This document shows positions 1 through 9,933 of a stretch of 37,307 nt of DNA, one piece after another. How positions within the stretch are numbered: position 1 is the first letter of the stretch; every line of letters begins with the position of its first letter. The notes beneath the pieces are model-generated. The model did no database searches, was not told the origin of the DNA, and worked only from the letters and a program-made list of their open reading frames with translations. The translations under genes were made by a program, and so were the position numbers. Where the stretch lies: positions 1 to 37,307 of the forward strand of contig RGQW01000002.1 of the NCBI GenBank assembly GCA_010029945.1, read 5' to 3'. The stretch is from Actinomycetota bacterium (GTDB lineage: Bacteria; Actinomycetota; Actinomycetes; S36-B12).

Positions 1-1
1 T

Positions 2-808
2 AGCGCCGCTGACGTCAAGCGGCTCCGCGAGATGACCTCCGCGGGAATGATGGAGTGCAAGAAGGCGCTCGAGGAGAGCGACGGAGATTTCGATAAGGCG
101 GTCGAGGCTCTGCGAATCTCCGGTGCGGCCAAGGCCGCCAAGAGAGGCGCTGAGCGCACGGCCTCCAACGGCGTCGTCGCCGCGGTGGACAACACCATGG
201 TGGAAGTTCTGTGCGAGACAGACTTCGTGGCCAAGGGTGAGGAATTCCAAGCGCTCGCAGGCACTCTGGCGCAGGCAGCTTTCGATGCCCAGGTGGCTGA
301 CCGGGATGCCCTTTTGGCGAGCACTCTCGACACCGGTGCCACCGTCGAGGCGACGGTGGCCGATATGGCCGGTGTCATCGGGGAGAAGATCGAACTTGGA
401 CGCGTCACCACGGTGCAGGCTCCGGCCACCACGTACCTGCACCGACGTGCCTCCGATCTTCCGCCGCAGGTGGGAGTCCTCGTCGCCTACGACGGAGATG
501 AGGAAACGGCAAAGGGAATCGCGATGCAGATCGCTGCAATGCGGCCCTCCTTCCTGAACCGCGACGATGTGCCTGCGGAGACGGTGGAGAACGAGCGTCG
601 GATTGCCGAGACAGCGGCCAAGGAAGAGGGCAAGCCCGAGCAGGCCATCCCCAAGATCGTTGAGGGTCGAGTGAACGCCTTCTTCAAGGACAACGTGCTT
701 CTCGAGCAGGCCAGCGTCGTCGAAAACAAGAAGACGGTGGCCGATGTACTGGCCGAAAACGGAACAACGGTCCGCGCATTCGCTAGGTTCGAGCCAGGCC
801 AGGCGTAA
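2..808 (+). CDS. tsf: Elongation factor Ts (5'-partial, runs off the window edge)
   Basis: The frame is open from nt 2. The N-terminal UBA-like segment [22 protein letters not shown] and the TDFVAK core motif are present. The tsf-pyrH-frr gene order is conserved. Confidence 0.95.
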   Translation, partial: SAADVKRLREMTSAGMMECKKALEESDGDFDKAVEALRISGAAKAAKRGAERTASNGVVAAVDNTMVEVLCETDFVAKGEEFQALAGTLAQAAFDAQVADRDALLASTLDTGATVEATVADMAGVIGEKIELGRVTTVQAPATTYLHRRASDLPPQVGVLVAYDGDEETAKGIAMQIAAMRPSFLNRDDVPAETVENERRIAETAAKEEGKPEQAIPKIVEGRVNAFFKDNVLLEQASVVENKKTVADVLAENGTTVRAFARFEPGQA

Positions 809-828
809 CTCGGCGGAAGGGAAGACTC

Positions 829-1620
829 ATGGATCGGTCCACGGCAGGGGAGCCGGTTCAGCCTTCCCTTGACGGGACCATCGAGACGTGGCCCGGCGCC
901 CCCGAGGGTGGCTGGGATCGGGTTCTCCTCAAGCTCAGTGGTGAAGCCTTTTCCGGGGGTGGCGGGCTCGGCGTCGATCCCGATGTCGTGGCGTCCATCG
1001 CACGGCAAATCGCTGATGTCGTTCGTGCGGGTACCGAAGTAGCGGTCGTCATTGGTGGCGGCAACTACTTCCGCGGAGCGCAATTGTCGGAGCGCGGTAT
1101 GGAACGGGCCCGCGCGGATTACATGGGCATGCTCGGCACGGTGATGAACTGTCTGGCCTTGCAGGACTTCTGCGAGAAGGCAGGCATCGAAACGCGCGTG
1201 CAGACGGCGATCGCCATGGGCCAGGTAGCCGAGCCGTACGTTCCTCGACGGGCGATGCGACACCTCGATAAGGCCCGAGTGGTCATTTTTGGAGCCGGAC
1301 TCGGCCAGCCGTACTTCTCCACCGACACCACAGCCGCCCAGCGAGCGCTGGAGATCGGTGCGGAAGTCGTCTTGATGGCGAAGGGTGTCGATGGTGTCTA
1401 CGACGACGATCCTCGGTCCAACCCTCAGGCTGTGCGCTACGACCGCTTGACCTACGACGAGGTCCTTGCCCGCGACCTCAAAGTCGCCGACGCAACGGCC
1501 ATCAGCCTGTGTCGGGACAACGCGCTGCCGATCGTCGTGTTCAACCTTCTTCAAGAAGGCAACATCGCCCGAGCGTGCCGTGGGGAGCGGATCGGCACGT
1601 TAGTCTCATCGGAAACGTGA
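829..1620 (+). CDS. pyrH: UMP kinase
   Basis: Amino-acid-kinase fold motifs [21 protein letters not shown] and [12 protein letters not shown] are present. It lies between tsf and frr. Confidence 0.95.
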   Translation: MDRSTAGEPVQPSLDGTIETWPGAPEGGWDRVLLKLSGEAFSGGGGLGVDPDVVASIARQIADVVRAGTEVAVVIGGGNYFRGAQLSERGMERARADYMGMLGTVMNCLALQDFCEKAGIETRVQTAIAMGQVAEPYVPRRAMRHLDKARVVIFGAGLGQPYFSTDTTAAQRALEIGAEVVLMAKGVDGVYDDDPRSNPQAVRYDRLTYDEVLARDLKVADATAISLCRDNALPIVVFNLLQEGNIARACRGERIGTLVSSET

Positions 1621-1629
1621 GGAGCACCC

Positions 1630-2196
1630 GTGAGTGAAGAGATCGAGATGATCCTGCTCGAGGCCACTGAGAAGATGGACAAAGCCATCGAGGTGGCCCG
1701 CGAGGACTTCGCGACGATCAGGACGGGTCGCGCGAACGCCACCATGTTCAACAAGATCGTCGTGGACTACTACGGCACTGCTACTCCCTTGAATCAACTC
1801 GCGTCTTTCCAGGTGCCCGAAGCTCGGATGATCGTCATCAGTCCCTACGACAAGGGCGCGATGGCGGAGATCGAGAAGGCGCTTCGGGACAGTGATCTGG
1901 GAGTGAACCCGAACACTGACGGGGCGATTATCCGCGTTGTTCTTCCCGAGCTCACGGAGGAGCGTCGCAAGGAATACATCAAGATGGCCAGGTCCAAAGC
2001 CGAAGACAGCCGTATTTCGGTTCGCAACATCCGGCGTCACGCGAAGGAAGCTCTCGACAAGCTCCAAAAGGACGGCGATGCCGGCGAGGACGATGTCCGT
2101 CGCGCAGAAAAGCAACTCGATGACGTGACGAGCAAGCACGTCGAGCACATCGACGAAGTTCTCAAGCACAAAGAAGCCGAACTCCTCGAGGTCTGA
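1630..2196 (+). CDS. frr: Ribosome recycling factor
   Basis: GTG start, 188 aa. The sequence is RRF-like (FATIRTGRANATMF, VISPYD, LPELTEERRKEYIK) and the size and position are canonical. Confidence 0.95.
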   Translation: MSEEIEMILLEATEKMDKAIEVAREDFATIRTGRANATMFNKIVVDYYGTATPLNQLASFQVPEARMIVISPYDKGAMAEIEKALRDSDLGVNPNTDGAIIRVVLPELTEERRKEYIKMARSKAEDSRISVRNIRRHAKEALDKLQKDGDAGEDDVRRAEKQLDDVTSKHVEHIDEVLKHKEAELLEV

Positions 2197-2197
2197 T

Positions 2198-3100
2198 GTG
2201 ACCGACTCGTCCGGTCGGGACGGCGATCGCGAGCAGGACCCGCGAGAGGCCGACGGCGACCGCAAGAAGGCCTCGCGCACCGGCCGAAACCTGCCGGCCG
2301 CGGTGGCGTCCGGCGTCGTGCTCGTCGTGGTCGTGCTCGCGAGCCTGTTCACCTACAAGTGGCTGTTCGGTGTCGTCGTCATCGTGGCGCTCGGCGTCGC
2401 AATGCGGGAGATGATCCAGGCTTTCGCGTCACGAGGTATCAAGATCGCACGGGTTCCGGCCTATGGGGCCGTCGTGCTGTTGCCGACGGTCGCTTACCTT
2501 GCGGGGCCGATCTGGCAATTGGTTGCAACCGGCGCCGTGCTGCTGCTCGCGATGCTGTGGCGAATCCGGCGTGGCGTCGACGGATACGTACGCGACATCA
2601 CCGCATCCTTCTTCGTTATCGCCTACCTGCCGTTCATGGCGGGTTTTTTGATGCTGACGCTGGCGGCTGACGATGGTCCGTGGCGAGTCGTCGTCTTCAT
2701 CCTGCTGACGATTTCGAACGATATCGGCGGCTACTTCGCCGGCATCTTCTACGGACGGCACCCGATCGCAGCATCGATCAGCCCGAAGAAGTCCTGGGAG
2801 GGATTTGTCGGGTCGGTCATCTTGCAGTGCAGCGTCGGCGCGCTGTCCTTCGTCTTCTTGTTGGATGCTGCTTGGTGGCAAGGTGTCATCGCCGGCTTCA
2901 TTCTGGCCATCACCGCCACCGGCGGTGACTTCGCCGAGAGTGCCATCAAGCGCGACCTCGGTATCAAGGACATGGGATCGTTCCTGCCGGGTCATGGCGG
3001 GATGATGGATCGCCTCGACTCCTTGATCCCCAACGCCTTCGCGTCCTGGGCGATCTTCACCGTCTTCCTCGGTGCCAGTTTCACGGGGGCGGCGCTGTAA
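2198..3100 (+). CDS. cdsA: Phosphatidate cytidylyltransferase (CDP-diglyceride synthase)
   Basis: Polytopic membrane protein carrying the CTP-transferase signature SPKKSWEG...[16 protein letters not shown]...[12 protein letters not shown]. The GTG start is 2 nt after the frr stop. Confidence 0.9.
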   Translation: MTDSSGRDGDREQDPREADGDRKKASRTGRNLPAAVASGVVLVVVVLASLFTYKWLFGVVVIVALGVAMREMIQAFASRGIKIARVPAYGAVVLLPTVAYLAGPIWQLVATGAVLLLAMLWRIRRGVDGYVRDITASFFVIAYLPFMAGFLMLTLAADDGPWRVVVFILLTISNDIGGYFAGIFYGRHPIAASISPKKSWEGFVGSVILQCSVGALSFVFLLDAAWWQGVIAGFILAITATGGDFAESAIKRDLGIKDMGSFLPGHGGMMDRLDSLIPNAFASWAIFTVFLGASFTGAAL

Positions 3101-3121
3101 TGGTGAGGCTGTAATGGTGGA
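3094..3121 (+). repeat. 14-bp tandem duplication (GCTGTAATGGTGAG / GCTGTAATGGTGGA) at the cdsA stop / rlmN start
   Basis: Direct reading gives 13/14 identity between the two adjacent units. Each unit carries a TAATG stop/start overlap. Confidence 0.85.
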
Positions 3122-4205
3122 TCTCGTACTCCAGGCTCCCGAACGCGGCAAGCCACCACGACACCTGCTGGACCTGTCCCGGCCCGAGCGTCGAGCCGCG
3201 ATGTCTGATCTCGGGCTACCGGCTTTTCGAGCCGATCAGGTGTCCACGCATCTGCTGACTCATTTGCAGAACGACCCCGATGAGTGGACGGACATCTCAG
3301 CAGCAGATCGCGCCACCTTGCGGTCCATGCTCCCCGATCTCCTGCAGCCCGTGCGGACCCTCACATGTGACGACGGCGCCACGGTAAAGACGCTGTACCG
3401 GTTGCACGACGGATCACTCGTCGAGTCTGTGCTGATGCGTTATTCGGATCGGGTCACGATGTGTATTTCGTCGCAGGCCGGCTGCGGTATGAACTGCCCT
3501 TTTTGCGCGACGGGGCAGGCAGGTCTGACGCGTAACCTGTCGACAGCGGAAATCGTGGAACAGGTACTCGCCGGAGCGCGGGCGTTGGCGAACAACGAGA
3601 TTCCCGGTGGTCCGGGTCGCATCAGCAACGTCGTGTTCATGGGTATGGGGGAGCCGCTCGCCAACTACCGCACCGTGATCGCGACACTGCACCGACTTAT
3701 CGACCCTGCTCCCGAAGGACTGGGAATGAGTGCTCGTGGCGTCACGGTGTCCACCGTCGGCCTCGTTCCGAGGATTCGGGAGTTGGCCGAGGAGGGGCTG
3801 CCCGTCACGCTGGCGGTCTCCCTGCACGCACCGGATGATCATCTTCGAGACACCCTGGTGCCGATCAACAATCGGTGGAAGGTCGCGGAGGTTCTTGATG
3901 CAGCCTGGTTCTATGCCGAGCGCACCGGGCGACGCGTCAGTATCGAGTACGCCTTGATCAAGGACGTGAACGATCAGCGGTGGCGGGCGGAAGTTCTCGG
4001 CGAAATGCTGGCCGGCCACCTCGCCCACGTGAACCTGATCCCGCTGAACCCCACGCCCGGATCCAAATGGACGGCGTCCACACCGAGCAGTCAGCGGGAG
4101 TTCGTGGCGGGATTGTCCGAGGCGGGCGTGCGGGTCACCGTCCGCGATACCCGTGGGCGAGAAATCGACGGCGCCTGCGGCCAGTTGGCAGCCCTGGAAG
4201 CCTGA
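3114..4205 (+). CDS. rlmN: 23S rRNA/tRNA adenine-C2 methyltransferase RlmN (radical SAM)
   Basis: The radical-SAM cluster motif [11 protein letters not shown] and the C-terminal [11 protein letters not shown] are present. I chose the ATG at 3114 ([21 protein letters not shown]) because the ORF-track start at 3072 would overlap cdsA. Confidence 0.92.
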   Translation: MVDLVLQAPERGKPPRHLLDLSRPERRAAMSDLGLPAFRADQVSTHLLTHLQNDPDEWTDISAADRATLRSMLPDLLQPVRTLTCDDGATVKTLYRLHDGSLVESVLMRYSDRVTMCISSQAGCGMNCPFCATGQAGLTRNLSTAEIVEQVLAGARALANNEIPGGPGRISNVVFMGMGEPLANYRTVIATLHRLIDPAPEGLGMSARGVTVSTVGLVPRIRELAEEGLPVTLAVSLHAPDDHLRDTLVPINNRWKVAEVLDAAWFYAERTGRRVSIEYALIKDVNDQRWRAEVLGEMLAGHLAHVNLIPLNPTPGSKWTASTPSSQREFVAGLSEAGVRVTVRDTRGREIDGACGQLAALEA

Positions 4206-4211
4206 GCATCC

Positions 4212-4247
4212 GGAACATCGCGAATACCGCGAACACCCCGAACACTG
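4212..4247 (+). repeat. 4 x 9-bp imperfect tandem repeat (GGAACATCG CGAATACCG CGAACACCC CGAACACTG)
   Basis: Read directly in the rlmN-prpE spacer. It shows up as the [15 protein letters not shown] periodicity in the ORF-track translation of 4153.. Confidence 0.75.
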
Positions 4248-4257
4248 GCTGACGGAC

Positions 4258-5948
4258 ATGCCAGACTCACCCTCCATGGGCGCCTACATCGAGTCGTATC
4301 ACCGCAGCCTGGACGATCCCGAGGGCTTCTGGCGCGAAGCAGCGGGCGCGATCGAGTGGGATGTCGAGCCCTCGCAGATCCTGGATGAGACGTCGGCGCC
4401 GCTGTACCGATGGTTTCCAGACGGCAGGTTGAACACGTGCGTCAACGCGGTCGACCGTCACGTTGCCGCCGGGCACGGTTCGCGGGCGGCGATCATCTAC
4501 GACAGCCCTGTTACCGGCACCTGCGAGCGATGGACGTACGACGATCTGCTCGAGGCAACCTCGCGTTTCGCGGGAGTGTTGCGGAATCTGGGGGTAAACG
4601 CGGGTGACCGGGTTGTCATCTACATGCCGATGATTCCGCAGACGGTGGTGGCCATGCTCGCCTGCGCACGAATCGGGGCGGTGCATTCGGTCGTCTTCGG
4701 AGGATTCGCCCCGGCGGAGTTGAGCGCGCGAATCGACGACGCGCATCCGAGGATCATCGTGACCGCCAGCTGTGGAATCGAGCCCACCCGAATCGTGGAG
4801 TACAAGCCGCTGGTTGATGCGGCGATCGAGATGAGCTCGCATAAGCCGGAACGGGTGGTCGTTCTTCAGCGTCCGCAAGCCACGGCCGGCATGGGTGAGC
4901 GCGATGTCGATTGGGATACCGCGTACGCGTCAGCGCCGTCGGTCGATGCCGTCTCGGTGGCGGCGACCGATCCGCTCTACATCCTGTACACATCCGGCAC
5001 GACGGGAAAGCCCAAGGGCATCGTGCGCGATAACGGCGGTCACGCCGTGGCCATGGCCTGGTCCTTTAGGAACGTCTACGGGATGAATCCGGGCGACGTG
5101 TGGTGGTCGGCATCGGATGTTGGCTGGGTGGTCGGCCATTCCTACATCGTGTACGCGCCGTTGATCAGTGGAGCAACAACGGTTCTGTACGAAGGAAAGC
5201 CCGTCGGCACACCCGACGCGGGTGCCTTCTGGCGCGTGATCGCCGATCATGGGGTGCGGGCGGTATTCACTGCCCCGACCGCCATCCGAGCCGTGAAGAA
5301 AGAAGACCCGCAGGCCGAGCTGCTGGCCGGCTACGACACCTCGAGCCTGCATTCGTTCTTCTTCGCCGGCGAGCGTCTCGACCCCGATACCTACGAGTGG
5401 GTCACGGGCCACCTCGGCGTACCCGTGATCGACAACTGGTGGCAGACCGAGACCGGCTGGCCGATCGCCTCGAACCTCCGTGGGATCGAGCCGATGCCCA
5501 TCAAGCCCGGCTCCCCGACGGTGCCGGTTCCCGGCTACGACCTGCACATCCTGGACCTCCATCACGCCGATGTGGCTACCGGGGAGCAAGGAGACATCGC
5601 CATCAAGCTGCCACTGCCGCCGGGCACCTTGCCGACCTTGTGGGGCGACGATGACAGGTACATCGGCTCCTATCTGACCGACCATCCGGGGTACTACACC
5701 AGCGGCGACGGCGGCTTCGTAGATGAGGATGGCTACGTATACGTCATGGGTCGCACCGATGACGTCATCAACGTTGCCGGGCACCGGTTAACGACGGGGT
5801 CGATGGAGGCCGTGGTGGCAAGATCCTGCGGCGCACGATGCGCGGTATCGCCGCCGGGCGCGACGAGCCCGTGCCGAGCACCATTGAGGATCCCGCGGTC
5901 TTGGACTCCCTGCGCGAAATTTTGACGGGCACCACACCGCAGGGGTGA
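4258..5948 (+). pseudogene. prpE: Propionate--CoA ligase / acetyl-CoA synthetase family, disrupted by an internal out-of-frame deletion near 5815-5820
   Basis: It is collinear with PrpE through YTSGTTGKPKG, SDVGWVVGHSYIVYAPL and GRTDDVINVAGHRLTTGSMEAVVA. The frame then degenerates (RSCGARCAVSPP...). The conserved C-terminus GKILRRTMRGIAAGRDEPVPSTIEDPAVLDSLREILTG is readable in another frame and ends at TGA 5946-5948. About 70 codons between these two blocks are absent. Confidence 0.85.
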
Positions 5949-5980
5949 GCCTGGAGCGAGGGCGTGGTCAGCAGTACAGA

Positions 5981-7384
5981 TCAGTGCCCGGTAAGGCTGC
6001 CCATCAGTCGGCCTCGCAGTGAAGTTTTCCCGGTTGCGCTTTCGACGCGGTCCGCACTGGAGACGACCTTCATTCCCACGGACGTCGCGATCCACCGTGC
6101 AGGTTCGAGTTCCCACGGACGCGATCGGTGATCAACCCACGGCGCGTGCACGAGCGGATCATCGGTAGCGCCGGTGATCAAGGCGGCGAGTGTGCGGCCG
6201 CCGAGGTTGGCTGTGGTGACTCCGTCACCCACGTAGCCGCCGCACCATCCCATGCCGGAGGTTCGGTCCAGGCCAACCGAGGCCCACCAATCGCGCGCGA
6301 TACCCAGGGCACCACCCCAGGCATGGGTGAAGCGATAGTTCGACAGCACGGGGAACATCTCTCGCAACGTTCGTTGAAGATCGTGGTGAATGGCGCTGTT
6401 GGTCTCGCTGGCGGGGTCTAGCCGGGAACCGAAGCGGTAGGGAGCCCCTCGGCCGCCGAAGGCGATGCGGTCATCGGCGGTGCGCTGTCCGTAGATGACC
6501 AGGTGACGCCCGTCGGCGAAGGTGGGTCTGCCGTCCAAACCGATGTCATCCCAGGCCTGAGAGGGTAGGGGTTCGGTAGCGACCATCAGGGAGTAGACCG
6601 GCAGGAGTGTTCGGTGCTGCCCGGGGATGTTGGGGGTGTAACCCTCGGTGCATCGCAGGACGTAGCGGGCACGTACGCAGCCCTTGGATGTTCGAACGAT
6701 GCCCGGCTCGATCGATGTCGCTGGGGAATTCTCGAACAGTCGCACGCCGCTCGAGACGACCTGCCGGGCGAGGTTTCTCACGAGGCGAGCAGGTTGTATT
6801 GCGGCGCAGTGCGGTGTGTACGTGCCCGCGAGGACTCCGGTCGCCTTGATGCGAGCCTGGGCTTGATCGGCTGTGAGGAGTTCGTAGTTCGGCTCGAGCC
6901 CGGCGGCTTGCTCGTGTTGGTACGCGGTTTTCATGCGAAGCGCCTGACTCTCGGTGCGGGCTGCGATAACCGATCCGCCCTTGGCCCAACCGATGTCCCA
7001 GCCGTGGCTGTCGGCTACCCGGCCGATCTCATCAACCGAGGCGTTCATCGTCGTGCGGAAAGCCCGGGCCGCATCGACTCCCGCATGCCGTGCCACGGCT
7101 AGGTCGTCCTGGGGAAAGTGAGCCGACGCCCATCCACCGTTTCGTCCGCTTGCTCCGAAGCCGGCGATCTCCTTTTCGATAACGACGATGTCGAGGTCCG
7201 GTTCTCGTTGCTTGAGGTAGTAGGCCGTCCACAATCCGGTGAACCCGGCGCCGACGATCGCCACGTCGGCGCTCGTGTCCTGATCGAGCGGCCGGCCTAT
7301 GGGTTCGGTGAGCTCGGTGGGAAGTTGATCCCACCACAGCACTCGGGCGAGGCTTGGGTGCAGGGCCGGCGTCGCATTCACCAC
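5981..7384 (-). CDS. FAD-dependent oxidoreductase (DAO family, gamma-glutamylputrescine-oxidase-like)
   Basis: The dinucleotide fold DVAIVGAGFTGLWTAYYL...GASGRNGGW is present. It is a paralogue of 29599..31017. The GTG at 7384 overlaps the upstream TAG stop by 1 nt, so the longer ORF-track N-terminus would overlap the upstream gene. Confidence 0.85.
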   Translation of the reverse strand: MVNATPALHPSLARVLWWDQLPTELTEPIGRPLDQDTSADVAIVGAGFTGLWTAYYLKQREPDLDIVVIEKEIAGFGASGRNGGWASAHFPQDDLAVARHAGVDAARAFRTTMNASVDEIGRVADSHGWDIGWAKGGSVIAARTESQALRMKTAYQHEQAAGLEPNYELLTADQAQARIKATGVLAGTYTPHCAAIQPARLVRNLARQVVSSGVRLFENSPATSIEPGIVRTSKGCVRARYVLRCTEGYTPNIPGQHRTLLPVYSLMVATEPLPSQAWDDIGLDGRPTFADGRHLVIYGQRTADDRIAFGGRGAPYRFGSRLDPASETNSAIHHDLQRTLREMFPVLSNYRFTHAWGGALGIARDWWASVGLDRTSGMGWCGGYVGDGVTTANLGGRTLAALITGATDDPLVHAPWVDHRSRPWELEPARWIATSVGMKVVSSADRVESATGKTSLRGRLMGSLTGH

Positions 7385-8055
7385 TAGTGATTGGCCGATC
7401 GGGAGCGGTGGTGGGTCAGATACGACGGTGCTGCGACGCCCGTTGGAACGTGATCGTCGGCGATCGGATTGGAGCGGGCCAGGTGCACGGGCACGTGGCC
7501 AGCCCAGATCGACCGCCACGGTTCGGTGTCGAGATCGTCAGGATCGTCCTCGGGCGCTCCGGTGGAGACCTTCATCGACCACTCCTCCAGCGGGAGGGCC
7601 ACGGTGATCGTTGCGGCACGTTCCTTCGTCGTGGGCGGGCGAATGTCGTCCCATCGGCCCGGGAGGAGTTGGTCACTGAGCGTGCGCAACGCATCGAGTT
7701 CGTCGTCGCCGTGCAGTCCTCGGGCGCATCCCAGAATCAACGCCGACCGGTAGTTCATGCTGGATTCGAACGCGCTGCGGGCGTAGACGAGTCCATCGAG
7801 AACGGTTACCGTCGCGCACGCAGCGGCCCCGTCAGCGAGTCGTCGCATCAGCCGGGAGCCGCTCGATCCATGGAGAATCACGTCGTCACCTCGTCGCGCA
7901 CACCCCATGGGAAGCACGAACGGCTGATCTGTATCGACGATCCCCACATGGGCGACGAGGGCTTCGTCGAGAAGCTGATCGAGGGCGGAGCGTTCGTACG
8001 ACGCCTTGTCCGAAAGGCGGCGTACGCGGGTGCGATCGGTCAAAGAATCGACCAT
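7384..8055 (-). CDS. Pyridoxamine 5'-phosphate oxidase-family (split beta-barrel flavin/deazaflavin-binding) protein
   Basis: The N-terminus RRLSDKASYERSALDQLLDEALVAHVGIVD...PFVLPMGCARRGDDVILHGSSGSRLMRRL is typical of the Pyridox_ox_2-type family. It overlaps the aminotransferase stop by 16 nt. Confidence 0.72.
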   Translation of the reverse strand: MVDSLTDRTRVRRLSDKASYERSALDQLLDEALVAHVGIVDTDQPFVLPMGCARRGDDVILHGSSGSRLMRRLADGAAACATVTVLDGLVYARSAFESSMNYRSALILGCARGLHGDDELDALRTLSDQLLPGRWDDIRPPTTKERAATITVALPLEEWSMKVSTGAPEDDPDDLDTEPWRSIWAGHVPVHLARSNPIADDHVPTGVAAPSYLTHHRSRSANH

Positions 8056-9440
8056 GCGTCCGTGAGTACCTTTCGCAGGATTTGCTCGATCTCGTCGAAA
8101 TGGGATTGATCGCAGATCAGGGGCGGGGAGAGTTGGATCACGGGGTCGCCTCGGTCATCCGCCCGGCAGTAGAGGCCGTTGTCGAAAAGGGCCTTCGAGA
8201 GGAAGCCACGCAGCAATCGCTCGGATTCGTCTTCGTCAAAGGTTTCGCGGGTGTCCTTGTCTTTGACGAGTTCGATTCCGTAGAAGTATCCGGCACCTCG
8301 GACGTCTCCCACGATGGGAAGGTCGCTGAGCTTCTCGAGGGTCCGGCGGAAAGCGCCCTCGTTCTCCTGGACGTGGTTGTTGATGCCTTCCGACTCGAAC
8401 AGATCCAGGTTCGCCATCGCCACAGCGGCACCGACCGGGTGACCTCCCCAGGTGTACCCGTGGAGGAAAGCGTTGGTTCCTGTCTTGAAGGGTTCGAAGA
8501 GTCGATCGCTGGCGATCATCGCTCCCATGGGGGAGTAACCGGAGGTCATCCCCTTCGCGCAGGTGATGATGTCCGGAGTGACACCGAAGCGCTTGATGGC
8601 GAACATATCTCCAATGCGACCGAATGCGGTGATCGTCTCGTCAGCAACCATCAAGACGTCGTATTCGTCGCAGATTTCGCGCACCCTGTCCAAGTAGCCC
8701 GGAGGTGGAGGGAAGCAGCCGCCGGAATTTTGCACCGGCTCGATGAAGACCGCGGCGACGCTATCGGGACCTTCGAACTCGATCGCTTCCGCGATTCGAT
8801 TGGCCGCCCAAAGTCCGAAGGCCTTCTCGTCATACTTGAATTCCTCCGGCGCCCGATAGAAGTTGGTGTTGGGCACTTTCACGCCGCCGGGAACCAGTGG
8901 CTCGAAGGGAACCTTGGCCGGTGGAATGCCCGTGATGCTCAGGGCACCCTGGGGTGTGCCATGGTAAGCGATCGATCGACTAATGACTTTGTGCTTTGTC
9001 GGCTTGCCGGTCATCTTGAAATACTGTTTGGCGAGTTTCCACGCCGTTTCGACAGCCTCACCTCCTCCGGAGGTAAAGAAGACACGGTTGAGGTCTCCGG
9101 GTGCGTAGTGGGCGAGACGTTCGGCGAGAGCGATCGCGCCGGGGTGGGCGTAGGACCAAATGGGGAAGAAGGCGAGTTCTTCGGCTTGCTTGGCGGCCGC
9201 GGCGGCCAGCTCGGCTCGCCCGTGCCCCAATTGAACGACGAACAGGCCGGCCAGGCCGTCGAAATACCTGCGTCCCTGATCGTCCCAGATGTACGGGCCC
9301 TCACCCTTGACGATGACGGGTACGTGACCGCCTTGGTAGTACGTGGAGTGTCGGGTGAAGTGCATCCACAGGTGGTCGCGGGCGGCATCGGCGAGAGAGG
9401 TCTCGGAGGTTTCGCGTACGTCGTTCGGCAATGTGCTCAT
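8040..9440 (-). CDS. Class-III (omega) aminotransferase, putrescine/beta-alanine:pyruvate type
   Basis: 466 aa. It carries FTSGGGEAVETAWKLA, MVADETITAFGRIG and the PLP-lysine context ITCAKGMTSGYSPMG. Confidence 0.9.
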   Translation of the reverse strand: MSTLPNDVRETSETSLADAARDHLWMHFTRHSTYYQGGHVPVIVKGEGPYIWDDQGRRYFDGLAGLFVVQLGHGRAELAAAAAKQAEELAFFPIWSYAHPGAIALAERLAHYAPGDLNRVFFTSGGGEAVETAWKLAKQYFKMTGKPTKHKVISRSIAYHGTPQGALSITGIPPAKVPFEPLVPGGVKVPNTNFYRAPEEFKYDEKAFGLWAANRIAEAIEFEGPDSVAAVFIEPVQNSGGCFPPPPGYLDRVREICDEYDVLMVADETITAFGRIGDMFAIKRFGVTPDIITCAKGMTSGYSPMGAMIASDRLFEPFKTGTNAFLHGYTWGGHPVGAAVAMANLDLFESEGINNHVQENEGAFRRTLEKLSDLPIVGDVRGAGYFYGIELVKDKDTRETFDEDESERLLRGFLSKALFDNGLYCRADDRGDPVIQLSPPLICDQSHFDEIEQILRKVLTDAWSIL

Positions 9441-9898
9441 CGTGTTCCCCAGGAGTAGATCTGTTTGCGGAGTTTGAGATAGACGAAGGTTTCGGTGCGG
9501 GTCACGCCGGGCACCGACCGGATGGAGTCGTTCAGGATGCGAAGGAGGTGATCGTCGTCTTCGGCAACTACCTCCGCCAGGATGTCGAAGCCGCCGGCGC
9601 AGACGACGAGGTATTGGACATCGGGCAACTTCTCGATGGCCTCGGCGGCAGCATCCAGGTTCCCGGTCACGCTGATGCCGATCATGGCGGCGCGGGCAAA
9701 GCCCACCTGCAGTGGGTCGGTGACCGCGACGATCTGCATCACCCCCGCGTCCAGGAGGCGTTGCACCCGTTGTCGCACGGCCGCTTCCGATAGACCGACC
9801 GTCTTGCCGATGGCGCTGTAGGAGCGCCGGCCGTCCGCCTGGAGTTCCTCGATGATCGACTTGGAGACGTCGTCGAGGACCGGGGTTTTGGTTGACAC
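9437..9898 (-). CDS. Lrp/AsnC-family transcriptional regulator
   Basis: The HTH segment LDDVSKSIIEELQADGRRSYSAIGKTVGLSEAAVRQRVQRLLDAGV is followed by an RAM-domain tail. I chose the GTG at 9898. The stop overlaps the aminotransferase ATG (ATGA). Confidence 0.88.
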   Translation of the reverse strand: MSTKTPVLDDVSKSIIEELQADGRRSYSAIGKTVGLSEAAVRQRVQRLLDAGVMQIVAVTDPLQVGFARAAMIGISVTGNLDAAAEAIEKLPDVQYLVVCAGGFDILAEVVAEDDDHLLRILNDSIRSVPGVTRTETFVYLKLRKQIYSWGTR

Positions 9899-9933
9899 CC
9901 CGCCATGGTTGCCGATGTGAACCCCAGAAGCAA

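Noticed and set aside
8082-9458. 458-aa plus-strand ORF antisense to the class-III aminotransferase. The same pattern occurs at 18416..19651 (antisense to mmsA), 33364..34599 (gabT), 23559..24779 (ALDH), 28804..29886 and 487..1554.
   Set aside because: In every case the opposite strand encodes a protein with canonical PLP, ALDH or ABC motifs. These shadow ORFs have skewed Arg/Gly/Val composition and lack ribosome-binding sites.
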